Shown here: in pieces, positions 1-13,150 of the stretch | Layout: the number at the start of each line of letters is the position of its first letter | Position numbering within the stretch: position 1 is the first letter of the stretch | Assembly: GCF_009834535.1 (NCBI RefSeq) | Contig: NC_045696.1 | Location: forward strand, 26,538,001-26,602,000 | DNA: 64,000 nucleotides | Source of the DNA: Camelus ferus | Taxonomy: Eukaryota | Reading direction: 5' to 3' | Program-made: the position numbers and the translations under genes | The notes under the pieces: model-generated | Databases searched by the model: none | What the model was told of the DNA's origin: nothing | Seen by the model: the letters and a program-made list of their open reading frames with translations, nothing else

Positions 1-409
1 TTGTTTCCTTGTCACATAAAGATGTTTAAAAGTAAATTTTGTTTATAACACTTATGCAGTTTTCTTATTCCTTTTAGTTATATGAGGTGTCAAATAACAT
101 TTGTTAGCCTTATTTCAGTACAGGCACCTTTAAAATGTCAACCAAACAGATGTTCTACCACAAACATGAATAAAAATGAGCACATAGTGAGACTAAATAT
201 AGGATATTATACTATATTAATATTAATATTACTTAAGATTCAGTAGTGATGAAATTATATATAATTAATGAAGATGACAAAAAAAACCTCCCAAGTTTAT
301 AATGTTGTGCTTTCAGTAATTTTTCAAGGTTAAGAAGTGATTTAATAATGTTTCAAAAGCAAGATTATAGGAATAAAGTTAGATATGATTTCTAGTGTTA
401 TCCTGGTTA

Positions 410-500
410 TTTCTGATTTCTGATTTCTGATACTGATTTTATTTCTGATTCTGACTTTTGAAAATATGATTTCTAATTCTGATTATTTCTGATTTTGATT
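410..500. repeat. Degenerate (TTCTGA/TTTCTGA)n short tandem repeat
   Basis: atttctgatttctgatttctgatactgatttt...ttctgattctgac. Confidence 0.7.
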
Positions 501-947
501 TTAATAGTGCTAAATTGCAATATGATCTGAAGTTCAATATCCAAGTGGATGTTAGACACTAGTAATATCAGCATGTTACCTCATAAAAAAGGTGTGAAGA
601 AGAAAGACTCATGCTATCAAAGAAAAGGAAGTCTTAAACCTGCCATTTTTGGGGGGGTTTTGTACGTGATAACACCTAAATAATGTGAGTTTTTAAAAAC
701 TTGTAACTAGTTAAAAAAAAAACCAAATATGTTCAATTCAAATACATATCACATAAAACTATTACTTTGTTCCTTTAAACATTTAACTCCTTCTGTGGCT
801 GAATTAAAAACTTATAAAGTATGTTTGCATAGACAGTCTTTCATCCATATGAAGATATGCATATAACACTTTGGTCCTTTCTAAATTGATAGCATTAGTA
901 ATAATATAATAATATAATATAGCTATGATATTTTTATTGTTCTACAG

Positions 948-990
948 CTGTTTCTACTTTTTGCATTCCTGTTGTGAACCAGGAATTTTG
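948..990 (+). CDS. Candidate internal coding exon of unidentified plus-strand gene (CFYFLHSCCEPGIL)
   Basis: tttttattgttctacAG acceptor, GTaggt donor; 43 nt, phase 2->0, joins the downstream micro-exons in frame. Confidence 0.45.
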
Positions 991-2229
991 GTAGGTACCT
1001 TATATGTCTTATCCTATTTAATATCCTTGTTTTTATTTGAAATCAAACTGATAACAAATCATTTTACCTTAAAATGCATTTTTCCTAATTCAAGATAGGA
1101 AATATTTAAGAGAATTTGAATCTTACATGTAAAAAAAAATTCAGAAGTACAAAATAAATGTCTTTAAGTTTATTAATAATATGCATTCTTGTGAATATTC
1201 ATATTGAGCTAAAAGTAGCTCTTGTGTGCATGGTAGGATTTTATTCTAAAGTTAAACAAAATGTATATACATGGAAAGAAAATCAATTTTGTTCTGGAGA
1301 ATGCTGCATAATATCAACAAAACTATTTAAAAATATTATATTGTAGGTATTTTGTATTTACATGAATAATTCTTTCCTGTTAGTGGTTATTCAAAGGAAC
1401 CTTTAGGTGATTCCTTTTAAATAAATAATAGCTCACTAAAATGTTTTGTAAATCTAAATTGTTGTGAACTAGGTTTCTTAAAATGAGAAATACCTAAAAT
1501 CTATCCTTAATTGTTCTCAGTTCATGCACAAAATAAAATTGTGCTTTTAAAGTATGAGCTGTTATAATTTGAAGCAAATTTGAATGATGCAAAAAATAAG
1601 TTATCTTTATAATTTATAACCCCAAATGTTTAAAAAATAAATCCCTAAGTAAAATACATCTTTTTTTTTCCCTTCCTTGATCAATGGGGTTTTAAAGAAA
1701 TATTAAAATAGTAATACAGTAATGAAGTAAAGTGAAAATAATAAAAGGTTAACATTGCTCTTATTTTAGAATTTACAAAAAACGTCATTTTATTGCCATA
1801 GTTGTCTCGGAAACTTGGTATTGTTACTTCCCTTCCTTTATACACTACCAATCTGAGACTCAGAGAAGTTCAGTAACTTGTCAAAGGCTACTGACCTAAG
1901 AGAATATAGTAAGGTTAGAGTTTAAAATAATCTTAATTCTCATTCAAACAGATGAAAATATATCACGTAAGTCAGAATGTCTTTACTGATTTCCTAATCT
2001 ATACATTTTTCCACTTTGTTGTGAGAAAAAAAAAATCTGCTAGGAAATGCTGAACGCTGTTTTTGACAAAGTTTCATTGAAACCAATGTCTTCTGCTTAT
2101 TGCTTGGAGAGGTTACCAAGTACAAACACTAAATTTTTTAAGAAGTTTTAAAGCTTACTTATTAGTTTCTCATCACTGCTGAAACAAATTAATACAAAGT
2201 TTATAGTTTAAACAAGATATATTTGTTCT

Positions 2230-3960
2230 GTTATAGTTCTGATTATCATAAGTCCAAAATGGTTCCCACAGGTCCACAGATGGCAGAGTATTTTTGCCCT
2301 GGGATGGATTATATCTAAAACCTCACTCACCCCTAATTTAGATGATGAGATTTGGGAATTTTCAGCTTATGAGACTTCTGTGAGATTTTGGACTTGAATT
2401 AATGTTGTAATGGATTGAGAATTGTGAAGACTTTGGATGGGATAAATGTGGGATGGACAGGGATCTTTGAAAATTAGAGTGTGGCTTCTACTGAGATGGC
2501 TGAGGAGATCTGAGACACATACCTAATCTCCTCAAGGACCCTCTGTGTGACAATAATTTACCTTTTGATACTTCAGAGGCACTAGCAAAAGGTTGTCAAC
2601 CACACATGTGGCTTTCTCGAGAGCACTGCTTCCTGACAGTGACTATCCAATGTAGCATTCTGGGTTTGTTTGTTTTTTTTTTAATACGGATAGGCTAAGA
2701 ATTCCCCCAAACATCAAGTACTAGTTCATTTTGCTTAACAGTTGCAGTCTATCTCTTCCACTTGCATTTCACCAAAAGTAGCAAGAGAAAGTATGCTGCA
2801 CTTCCATCATATTCTTGGGAAATTTTCTCAGCTAAATTTCCAATTTCTTCACTTACAAGTTCTGTTTTGTTATTTTGCTTTTACAAAACTATGGAACACA
2901 ATTCTGCAGTGTTCTGTGACTTTGTGATAAGGTATCCTTTCCTCCACTTGCCAGTGATATATTCCTCCTTTCCTTAAGAGATGTTAAGAACAGAATCTTT
3001 ACCCTCTATAATTCTGTCAGGCAGTCTGTTCATGACGCTTTAGGGATTCTCTAACATGATGTAGGCTCTACCATGCTTCTTACTTCCTTCTGAGTTCTCA
3101 GTAGCCAGAGTCATTAACATTCATATTTCTACTAATCATCTCTTCAAGGAAATTTACATTTTAAAAAATTTTATTTTGAAATACTACACATATTTCTTAA
3201 GAGCTCAGCAACTGAAAGCACTGTTTGAAGTACAGGGGACACAACAGCCATCAACACAGAGAGGAATTTGGTTCTTGATGAGTTTGCATTGTATTTAGAG
3301 GAACAAACAGTAAAGAAACTTACAAGAAAACATCAGGTAGCTATAATGCTAGCTTGATTTGAATTGAACGTTCTTCTACTGTATTTACATTTTTTTCTAT
3401 TATGCTCCTCATAATTCTTTCAGTCTTTTCCCATCACCCGATTCTAAAGCCACTTCGACACTTTGGGGTATTAATAGCAGCATCCTGTTTCAAGATGTCA
3501 AAATCGATACTAGTTTCCTATTGCTGCTCTAATAAATCACTACAGACTTAGTTGTTTAAAACAACACAATTTAACTTGACTATAGTTCTGAAGGTCAGAA
3601 GTCCAAAATGAGTCTTTCTTGGCTCAAGGAGTCAGCAGGGTTGATTCTTTCCTGAGTCTCCTGGAGAGATCTGTTCCATTCCTCTTCCAGCTTCTAGAGG
3701 CTGCCTCGAACCACCTCCTTCCCATCTCTGCTTCTATTGTCAGGTCACCTCCCTATTAGTCGAGTCTATCACTGCCTCCCACTTATAAAGACACCCATAA
3801 TTGCATTGAGTACTCTCTGATAATCCAGAATAATCTCCCCATTTTAAAATCCCTTACTTAACCACATCTATAAAGTCTCTTTTACCATATAAAATAACAT
3901 ATATACAGATTCCATGGATTCAAACGTTGACATCCTTGGGGGCCATAATTCAGGCTGCCA
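2230..3960. mobile_element. MaLR (MLT1-type) LTR/internal fragments, with a probable L2 piece inside
   Basis: MLT1-like text: tagtttcctattgctgct...aaacaacaca...gttctgaaggtcagaagtcc...gggggccataattcag; subfamily not determined. Confidence 0.7.
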
Positions 3961-4009
3961 TGGCTTGGTGTTCTTTTATCCTTCATTGATTTTTGTCTTC
4001 TGGTTTTAG

Positions 4010-4022
4010 CCAACTCTGAAAG
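4010..4022 (+). CDS. Candidate 13-nt micro-exon (PTLK) of the same gene
   Basis: Long pyrimidine tract ending ttttAG; aag|GTaatt donor; phase 0->1. Confidence 0.4.
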
Positions 4023-4183
4023 GTAATTATCTTTTATTTGTCCAGAAACTTAGATTAGAAGTTTATTACTGAAATTTATCCTGACTTTATGTTACTTTTT
4101 GTAATATAATGATACATATAAAATGGTATTGTACAATACAAATGATTTGGAGTTTAAAAGAAGTTATGATTTTACTTATACAG

Positions 4184-4200
4184 AAGATGTTTCTGTGATG
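4184..4200 (+). CDS. Candidate 17-nt micro-exon (EDVSVM)
   Basis: ttttacttatacAG acceptor; weaker GTcaag donor; phase 1->0 fits the chain. Confidence 0.3.
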
Positions 4201-5394
4201 GTCAAGATGTGAAATCATCGTGTTAAAGATGATTCATTATGTTGCTTTCCCAAGTGTGACCTGTCAGACTACACCATATTTTGTTAGATAAGGGAGAAGA
4301 AAGATGCGGCCAAAAATCTCTTATTGGAAATGAGTTACTTGCTTCATTGTTTATCATTCATCTTAACTAAGAAAGATAAGACTATTGTGTATGCAAGTTT
4401 CACTCATTAGTAAATTTAAAAATTAGACTCTGTATATCTGCCTGTGTTGAAAGAAAAGAAATATTACTCATCTACAAAAGGAGAAGTTTGAGGATATGTA
4501 GTGGTTTTTTTTTTTTTTGTCAGACTATAGGAAATCTAACGTTTCAGTCGTGATTGGAATGTACAATTGGCACTACCCTCAAAGCAAACTAGTTTTCTCA
4601 CAAATGCAGTTACACAAACTACAAAAGAATATTTTATTTCTTCCTAGACACTTAATACTAGAGCTAGTTTAAAGCTAGTGCTTTAATTTTGTTGCTGACC
4701 GAATGGCAACACGATACAGCCTGCTTTTAACCCAGCATCCTCAGAGTCAAACTCAGATCCCCTCCTATCAGGTTCCATTGACCACCAGTAACTGTCCATC
4801 CACATTCACTGTCACTAAGCTAATTCAGTTCCTTGAAACTGCTCCCCTGAACTAGTCAACAGTGTCCCAATTAGCCTTCCTTCTCACAGTCTTGCTCAGC
4901 TCCAATCTGTATTCTGTATAGTGACCTGAATGATTTTTTTCCCCTAAAATGCTAATTTGATCATGTCACTTCCTTCTTCAAAATCTTGTGCAATAACATT
5001 AGGTTTAAGTCCAAACTTCTTAATCCAGCCTTTGGGGATTTCAAGTACTGGCTTTTCCCTCTGTTTATGGGCCAGCTCCTCTTCGAGCCTCCTCTTCTGA
5101 TCACCCTCTGGGAGAATTAAGTGCTTTTCCCTTGGCTTCTCTTCTTGACACTTAGCACAGCTGACCAGTGCTTTATGAAAAATTATAATTATTATCTAGT
5201 ATAATGAGAACAACCAAAAGAAATGAAGTAAATAGTAATTAACAGTTGAACCACGTATTGTCTAGCTAGTTGTGCCTTTGCCACATGCCTAGAGAGCACT
5301 TAGGAAGACCTTTGTCCTGCAGGTTAGAATTTATTTTTGTTAAAGGGCTCTTTTGATCCTGCATGCTTGAAAGAGTTCCCAAGTATGTGGAAAT

Positions 5395-5567
5395 AGCTAA
5401 GTAACAAGAATTTACTATATAGCACAGGGAACTATATTTAATAGCTTGTATAACCTACGATGGAAAAATATTCTATATATATATATATACACACACACAT
5501 GACTGAATCACTTTGCTGTACACCTGAAACTAACACAATATTATAAATCATATATATTTCAGTTAAA
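5395..5567 (+). mobile_element. L1 3' end (artiodactyl/L1MA-type)
   Basis: tatagcacagggaactatat...gactgaatcactttgctgtacacctgaaactaacacaa. Confidence 0.85.
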
Positions 5568-6833
5568 ATATATATACATACCACTTCATATATAATGTAA
5601 GAACTTTTAAGATATATTTCCATTTCCCTTTCCAAGTATGTAGAAACCCATAGTTTCTCCCTAATAACTTTGCTAGAATTAGGTGTAAACAATTAATCAT
5701 GTAGTTACCTATCATATATCTTGTGTCCTATTCTACTGCACCTCTGTCCAGAAGGGATTTGGGGATAGAAAAGGGACAGGGGCTCAGTCTCCTCATATGT
5801 GGTGTAGGTGGGTGTGTGATGAGAGTGACTGTGAAAGCCAATTCTTATTATTACCCAGATAGTTAGGAATCACAGAGAGAGGGTGATTGGTCTAAAGCAG
5901 GGAGCCCACACAGTCCTATTACAAATTAAGATCAGTTTGTCATTGTTTAAAATAATCCTGGCTTACTTGCTACACCTAATTTAGGTCTATGTCTTAGAGC
6001 CAGCAACCATCCAGATGGTGGTAGTTCTTTGGGAACTGACATTATTTTAAAAGGTCACCATAGGCAAATTATCACTGGCACCTCTTTCTTATCAGAGACC
6101 AAACATCTGTGAACTTGCTCCAATTTTGAATTCACTGATGGAGCAGTTTCCCATGGCAGCTTCTTGCTGACTTTCTTTCTGGGTGAACTATTAATTTTCC
6201 TATTAAAATCTGTCAAATGTGTAATATACACAGACCTATAATGTATCTAAACTTATGTCACTTAAATTTGAGTAAAAAAATTAGGTTTTTCATTTAGAGG
6301 CATGCCATAGATTCACTTATAGTAACATCAATGGTTAAAAAATGTCCCCTAAGATGTATTTTCTTCCCTGACATGTCATTACATCCCAGAAGACTTACAA
6401 ATCTTTACTCTGGTTCTTTAGAAGTATTGCATAAATAAATCAGGTGTGTATATATGTAATATACATGTTATATACATAGTATAATGCTGAAAATACATGT
6501 TTTGAAAGTCCCTTTCTCCTTTCAGTATTAGAGAGTAAAAAGGTATTAAAATTATGAGCCAGTTGTACATTCTCTCATATTATCCTGACGTGCTCTCATT
6601 CGCAGACATGCAGAGCTCTGGACTTTGTTATATTTAGGCGTATGTTACACGTATGTGTTGTGGGAAGAGGCAGACTGGGAAATGGAAATGTATCTTTTAT
6701 TTCACCTTCTTGATATATTTACTACTACTTTGCCAAGCCAGTAAGAATTGATACTTATACTGAAGATTCAGAGGCCATTAATTATGAATGAAAGCATAAA
6801 TTATACTCAGTGTAGTTTTTTAATTTAGGGACT

Positions 6834-6932
6834 TCCTTCCTCTCTTTCTTTCTCTTTCTTTCTTTTCTTTCTTTCTCTTTCTTCTCCCTTTCTCTCTTTC
6901 TTTCCTTTCTTTCCTTCTCTTTCTTCTCCTTC
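6834..6932. repeat. Polypyrimidine/polypurine (TTTC/TTCC) low-complexity tract
   Basis: About 100 bp of almost only C/T. Confidence 0.9.
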
Positions 6933-8252
6933 CATAGACCCACTTGAGCAATTATGAAAACCTCTGTTGAGCAGTAAGTTCTTGTTCTGAACCCTAAACC
7001 TAAACCTAACCCTGTACCTAAAGTCTAGCTTCTTTCCTTGGTTTGTGCTAATAAACTCTCCCACCATGTCTGAAGAGATGCTGTGACTTTACACTATATG
7101 CTTGCCCTGTAAACATATTCCCTTAATATAGAAACCTCATCCACTTGATTTTTGAGTAGAACTCAGGTAGTAAAGATCATGTTCTGTACCTCTTTGATAC
7201 TATCATTGTAGTTTGTTTTATATTAAAGTTACCAGAGGCAACCCAACACCTGTATTTGGCAAATATTGCAGTTTTAGAAATCACCTGGGTGTGCTGGGAA
7301 AAAAATACAGAGTATGGAGTGGGGCTTGGGACTCATTTTTATTTGTAGAGTCTAAAATGTAGTCTCACTTGATAGTCACTAACTACTCCCAGAACATAGG
7401 CTCCCTGAAGGTTTATATATAACCACTTGGTGGGATTCAATGACATTCTACTTCCCCATTCATAACTCCAGTCTCAAGGACATAAATAGGCCATAGTGAT
7501 AGGATCTAGAGATTTCAGACTAAGAAATTAAGAGGACTTCCTTCCACATCAAGTGGCCATTTTTCTGTTTGGAACACTTTGGTTATCCTTCTCTCTTGGA
7601 ACTCTTGGAAATGTAGATGGGATTGCCTCCCATTTTGGAAGGGATTTTCAAATGACAATTAACCTAGACTATTGGAAGAAAGACCTAGCAGAATTATAGT
7701 AGATCTAGATGGAAGAAAGCAAGAAGCTGATAGGTTAGGTTAGTTCTTCTTTGAGTTTGGAAAAATGCCATTTTCTTCCTTTTATTTGTGATTGACTCTA
7801 CCACTCATGAAGATGGTAAAATTTTGAGAATTGAAATCATGTTGCATTGGGAATGTTGGCTTCTTTCTGGACTCCAGTCTAAGCTTACAAATGGTTAAGT
7901 AGACTTCATTAGAGTAGGAGAGCACAAAGAGAGTTCAGGCCAGACTCTGGTCAATAATCAAGTGTTCCCTAGAGTGCTTTCCACACCATGATACCCAGTG
8001 GGAACTACCTGCATCTGAACAGTTGCATGATGATTTTGAGAATCTGGGATTTAACCATCTTTGTCTCTCTTAATTAGACATTTAGCTAATATTTAACATA
8101 ATGTCTTATATGTATGCCTGCCCCTTAATAAATACTTTTTTGAATGAATGAAAATACAATTATTGATTTCTTATGTGTAATGTTTTTGAATGCTTTAAAT
8201 AATGACTTCATTCATTGAAAAAGTTTGAAATCATAATTTCCTCCCTAATTAG

Positions 8253-8280
8253 GCTCATCCTATCTGTAATTTGCAGATAG
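8253..8280 (+). CDS. Candidate 28-nt micro-exon (AHPICNLQI)
   Basis: ttcctccctaattAG acceptor; consensus ag|GTAAGT donor; phase 0->1. Confidence 0.45.
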
Positions 8281-8628
8281 GTAAGTTTCTGCATATGCAT
8301 TATAATAGCCATACATACAACAAATCTCTTTTAGTGTTTGGCATATCCCCAAATAGATTTTCAAATCTATTTGAAAAAACCATAGCAAGATAACTAGATA
8401 GCTACATATATACTCTAACCTCCTTAGCCTGGTCATAGCATTAATTAAAAAGATATCTGAGAATATTCTGGCAAAGAGTTCAGATTCTTGATTAAAAACA
8501 GACATTTTGTCTTTATGCACTAGTAATTTTGCTGTTCATAGGAAAAAAAGTGACTCACCATTATGTTTAATTGGTAAACAAATGGGGAGGAATGTTATGA
8601 ACTTCTTTTCTTTGTTTTCTTTTTAAAG

Positions 8629-8720
8629 AAGAAAAAGGTCATTTTCTTGTCCAACTTAAAGTGGTTGAAAGCAGTATAACTGATGTAGCCAATTTCATCG
8701 TTTGGAATGGAAAGGGGTGA
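8629..8720 (+). CDS. Candidate terminal coding exon (EEKGHFLVQLKVVESSITDVANFIVWNGKG*)
   Basis: Strong polypyrimidine acceptor cttcttttctttgttttctttttaaAG; phase-1 frame open to TGA at 8718-8720; AATAAA at 8780-8785. Confidence 0.45.
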
Positions 8721-10610
8721 AGCAAAAATATTTGGACATCTATTATTTTCATTATATTCAAATCATGGCCAGAATTTAAAATAAAATATATTTTAAAACA
8801 TCTAAAACAAGAAATTGAATATTTAGGATTCACATCTCATCAATTTGTAAAAAACAAGTAAATCAGAGTTTCATAATGTGTATTTTCTGGATATGTCATT
8901 TCTAAGGGTATTGACAAGTATTATTCAAGATAGAAGAAATGTGGTCAAAAATTTGGAAAAAAATTGGTTTAAATAAGTCAGACAAATTTCTTTATTGTAG
9001 TATTTCTGCGAACTTTTAAAATGTTAATTTGTACTATGACTATATATATATACATATGTATACATCCATACTCTATATATTATATATATGGACCAGTTTT
9101 CAAATGCATCTATTTCTTTATCCCTTAGTGCATCTTGGAGTAAGTTTCAGTAGACTATACTTAAGAAAACAGAAATAAATGCTCCTCAATTCATCCATTA
9201 AGTCTTCAAGATACCATTGTGTATTGATATTCACTAATGAGTAGACTAACTGGTATTTAACTGGCCTGAAAATGTTAAGCAATCCCAAATTACTGAATCA
9301 TGTACTGGTTTCTGTCTAAATTCTGGTTAACCTCTCCCTTTTGTCTAACCTGTGAAAGATGGTCATGATTAAAATGTGCTCTAATGTTAACCTAGAAATC
9401 TTTGTCAGCAGGAAGAAAAAAAAAAGAGCTCTATTTTTACTTGAAATTATACCAGCCTGTAACTCTGGTTAATAAAATACTTAGATCCTTGATGAAAGAA
9501 ATCATTGTAATAACAATATTCATCATCATTATTATTTCTTCAGAAAGAGAACTGACTTCTGGGTCTTCTTAGACTAATCCCATCTGCCACCACAGAATTT
9601 GGACTTTGAAGCAAATGTATTAGGTATTTCCCGGATCACATCCCCAGATAATGAAGAGCTTCATTAAATATAGAAAGCTCTCTATAGCCTCTGCCTCCCA
9701 CTGGTTTAATATATAAAACCTTGCACTAGGTAACAGAAATTATATCTACATTACCAAATCCACAAAGTAGCATAGCATGTTGTGTGAGAGAGACTTGAGG
9801 CCAATCCCTACCCAGCAGCTGACAAGGGCTAGTGTTTGGATTTGACTCCCTTCTTTGCCTGATTTCAATGAAAAAGCAACAACAGCAACTATCATAATGA
9901 CACAAAATGTTTCAAATCCAGTTTTCAAGTAATAATAGCTTGCATTTCTGCACTTAAAGGGGCATAGGCTGAAAAAGAAAGTAGAACCCTGGATAAGTCT
10001 GATGTGGAAAATTACTGGATTGCATAATGGTGGTAGTATACAAATATGATTTAAGTCACAGGCGCTAGACTCTGCAAGTCTAGTCTTAGTTCCAAGGCTC
10101 TGGGACTTAAGGTCAAAAAAGATGCACATTCCTCACAGAGACATCTTGCCTGACAATGCAGAGTATTTCACTGTGTAGCTTTCAATGGTAACTTTTAATT
10201 TTTTTAAAAAATTTTTCAAATAACCTATAAAACAGTTAAAATCTAGTGAGGGAATTCAAATGATCTGAATGAGGATTTTTCACAACCTATGTAAAAAACT
10301 ATAAACCTTGACAAGAATCCATGAAGAAATTTGAATATTTGGATACAGAATATATATGTGAAATCATGTGAAATTGCCCATAGTCTACTGTTTAGGTCAC
10401 AAAATGTCAGTTTTATATTGTGTAAGATAATAAGATAGAAACAATGTTATAGTAGGTAACTACTAGAAACTAGAATTTCATTTTTTTCTTTTCATCTCTT
10501 ATTTCCTGTATCTTATTGCATGCAATTAAAAGAAACCAATTTACATTGTCAGCACTCAACCTAGAAGTCTCCTTACTGATCAAATCAGCACATAGTCTAG
10601 TTATCTTTTA

Positions 10611-10765
10611 TTTTTAAATTTTTATTTATTTATGTTTTTGCTGGAAGGGGAGTTAATTAGGTACTATTTAATTAATTATTTTTTTAATGGAGGCACTGGG
10701 GATTGAACCCAGGACCTCGAGCATGTTGAGCATGCGTGCTACAGCTTGAGCTATACCCTCCCCCC
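10611..10765 (-). mobile_element. Camelid tRNA-derived SINE (Vic-1-like)
   Basis: Reverse complement GGGGAGGGTATAGCTCAAG...GAGGTCCTGGGTTCAATCCCCAGTGCCTCC plus A-rich tail; TSD tagtta(t/c)ctttta. Confidence 0.85.
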
Positions 10766-10829
10766 TTTTAGTTACCTTTTAATAATGAAACAATGTTTTC
10801 TTAATACAACAGAAGCATACTCTTAATGG

Positions 10830-12800
10830 ATATACTTTGGTAAATTTTACTACATTAAATGAAAGTCATCTGTATATCAAGACAGCTGTAAATAAAGTTA
10901 AAAGACAAGTGACAGACCTAGAGAAGATTCTGCAACTAATATAATAGAGACTATATAACAAGGGATAATTAAACCAAGTGTACAAAGAACTACTAATTAA
11001 TAAGCAAAACCTGATAGAAAAATGGGCAAATGATAAGAACAGGTAAGTTACAAAAGAATACATGCTAACATCCAGTTCTATAGTTACCATAACAAATTAC
11101 TACAAACTCAGTGGCTTAAACAACACAAATTTATTATTTTATAGTTTTTGAGGTCACAAGTCTGACATAGTTCTCAGCACACTAAAATCAGGTCATCACC
11201 AGGCTATTCCCTTTCTGGAGGCTCTGGGAGAGTGTTTCCTACACATTCAGGTGGTTGGCAGAGTTCGGTTCCTTAAGGTTGCAGTTCTGAGGTTCTCATT
11301 TCCTTGCAAGCTACAAACTGAGAGTCATTCCCAGATTCAGAAGATGCTTTATTCTGTGACTCATGGTCCCCTTCCTCCATTTTTAAAGCCAACAATAGTA
11401 GATGGAGTTCTTCTCACATTGAATTACTTTGACTCTTCTTCCATTTTTATGCTCTTCAGAGTTCATATGATTGGGTAAACTCCAATAGTTTGGGATGATC
11501 TCTGAATTGCAACGTCTTTAGCCTTAATCTGCAAAGTCTGTTTTTCCATGTACAGTAACATTCATAGGTTCTGGGGTTTGGGGAAAGGACATTGAAGGGG
11601 CATTATTTGGCCTTCCACAGCCAATACACATGATAATTTTTTTAGTTTTTTTTAAACAGCTTTATTGCTATAATTGATATATTAAAAACCACATTTTATA
11701 TTTATTTAATATAAGTATAGTTGATTTACAATATTGTGTTAGTTTCTGACATACAACATAGTGATTCAGTTTTATATATATATATACTCTTTTTCACATT
11801 TTTTATTATAGGTTCCTACAAAGTACTGGATGTAGTTATTTCTCTGTTACATATAGTAGGACCTTATTGTTTATCTATTTTGTGTATCTGCTAATCTCAA
11901 ACTCCAAATTTATCCCTTCCCCTCTTTCCCATTTGGTAACTGCAAGTTTTTTTTTTTATGTCTGTGAGTCTGCTTTGTAAATAAGTTCATTTGTGTCAGT
12001 TTTTTTAGATTCCACATGTAAGTGATATCATATGATACTTGTCTTTGTCTAAATTACTTTATTTAGTATGATAATCTCTAGGTCCACCCATGTTGCTGCA
12101 AATGGCATTATTTTATTCTTTTTATGGCTAAGTAGTATTCCATTGTATATATGTACCACAACTTCTTTATCCAATCATCTATTGATGGACATTTGGGTTG
12201 TTTCCATGTCTTGGCTGTTGTAAATAGTACTGCTAAGAACATTGTGGTGTATGTGTCTTTTAAATTAATTTGTAATTAGAAAATGTAGATTAAAACAATG
12301 AGATTTGATTGAATTGACTCCATCAAATTGACAAAGATCAAAAATTGAATTTTATTTCCTCCATTGAATTGACAAAAATGAAAAACATGATGACATCAAG
12401 TGTTTGCTTGAATGTGGGGAAACAAGTCTATTTATATACTACTGTTAGGGATATACATTTCTATAGATTTAAAAAAGGCAGATGGACATGTCCACATATA
12501 TAAATAAAATCTGTATATTGTTTATGGATATATTCTGGATAGGTTTATATTCATATAAATATGCAGTTTAAATATTTTTAAAATCCAAAAACATATTCAT
12601 CAAAATCGTCACAATGATTTCCTCAAGGAGAGAGAGTGTAAAGAGAATGTGACTTTTGGTAGCAATCAAATGAACTTTATTTTATCTGTAACTTATATTC
12701 TTTCTTTTTTCTTTGACTCTAGAAGCATAATATGTAAAATAATAAAATAATAACAGGTCTTTACTGTGGGAAGTGGGATACGGGGTTAGTTTTAAACTAC
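10830..12800. mobile_element. Old L1 (plus) interrupted by an MLT1 LTR (~11070-11620) and a younger L1 3' end (minus, ~11640-12260)
   Basis: L1 text (aaaagacaagtgacagac...gaaaaatgggcaaa) resumes after the inserts; MLT1 and L1 3' UTR hallmarks (gttgctgcaaatggcattatt). Confidence 0.75.
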
Positions 12801-12962
12801 ATGTCTATCTGTCTGTCTGTAGATCTATCCATCTATGATTTACATATATATTTGGAATGCTTTTCACTTGTAAAATAAATATATTTTAAAACAAGATATA
12901 TGAGAGCTCTTTAGACTATATACACATACTCATCAAAATATCTTGTATTTTTTAATTGTTTA

Positions 12963-13150
12963 ACCAGGGGTTGACAAACTTAAGATTTTGGGCCAAATCC
13001 TGGCTGATCTGTTCGTTTAAATAACGTACATCAGAAAACAGTCATTGTTAACATATTATCTGTGTCTGCTTTCCTGATACGATGGTAGAGTTGGGTCAAT
13101 GCAACAGAGATCACATGGCCCACAATACCTAAAACATTAATTTTTGGATT
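12963..13150 (+). mobile_element. MER58A-like hAT-Charlie element
   Basis: caggggttgacaaac...gggccaaatcc...atggcccacaatacctaaaa. Confidence 0.7.

Noticed and set aside
6988..7022. Telomere-like ccctaaacctaaacctaaccct
   Set aside because: Only a few imperfect units; too short to call an interstitial telomeric array.
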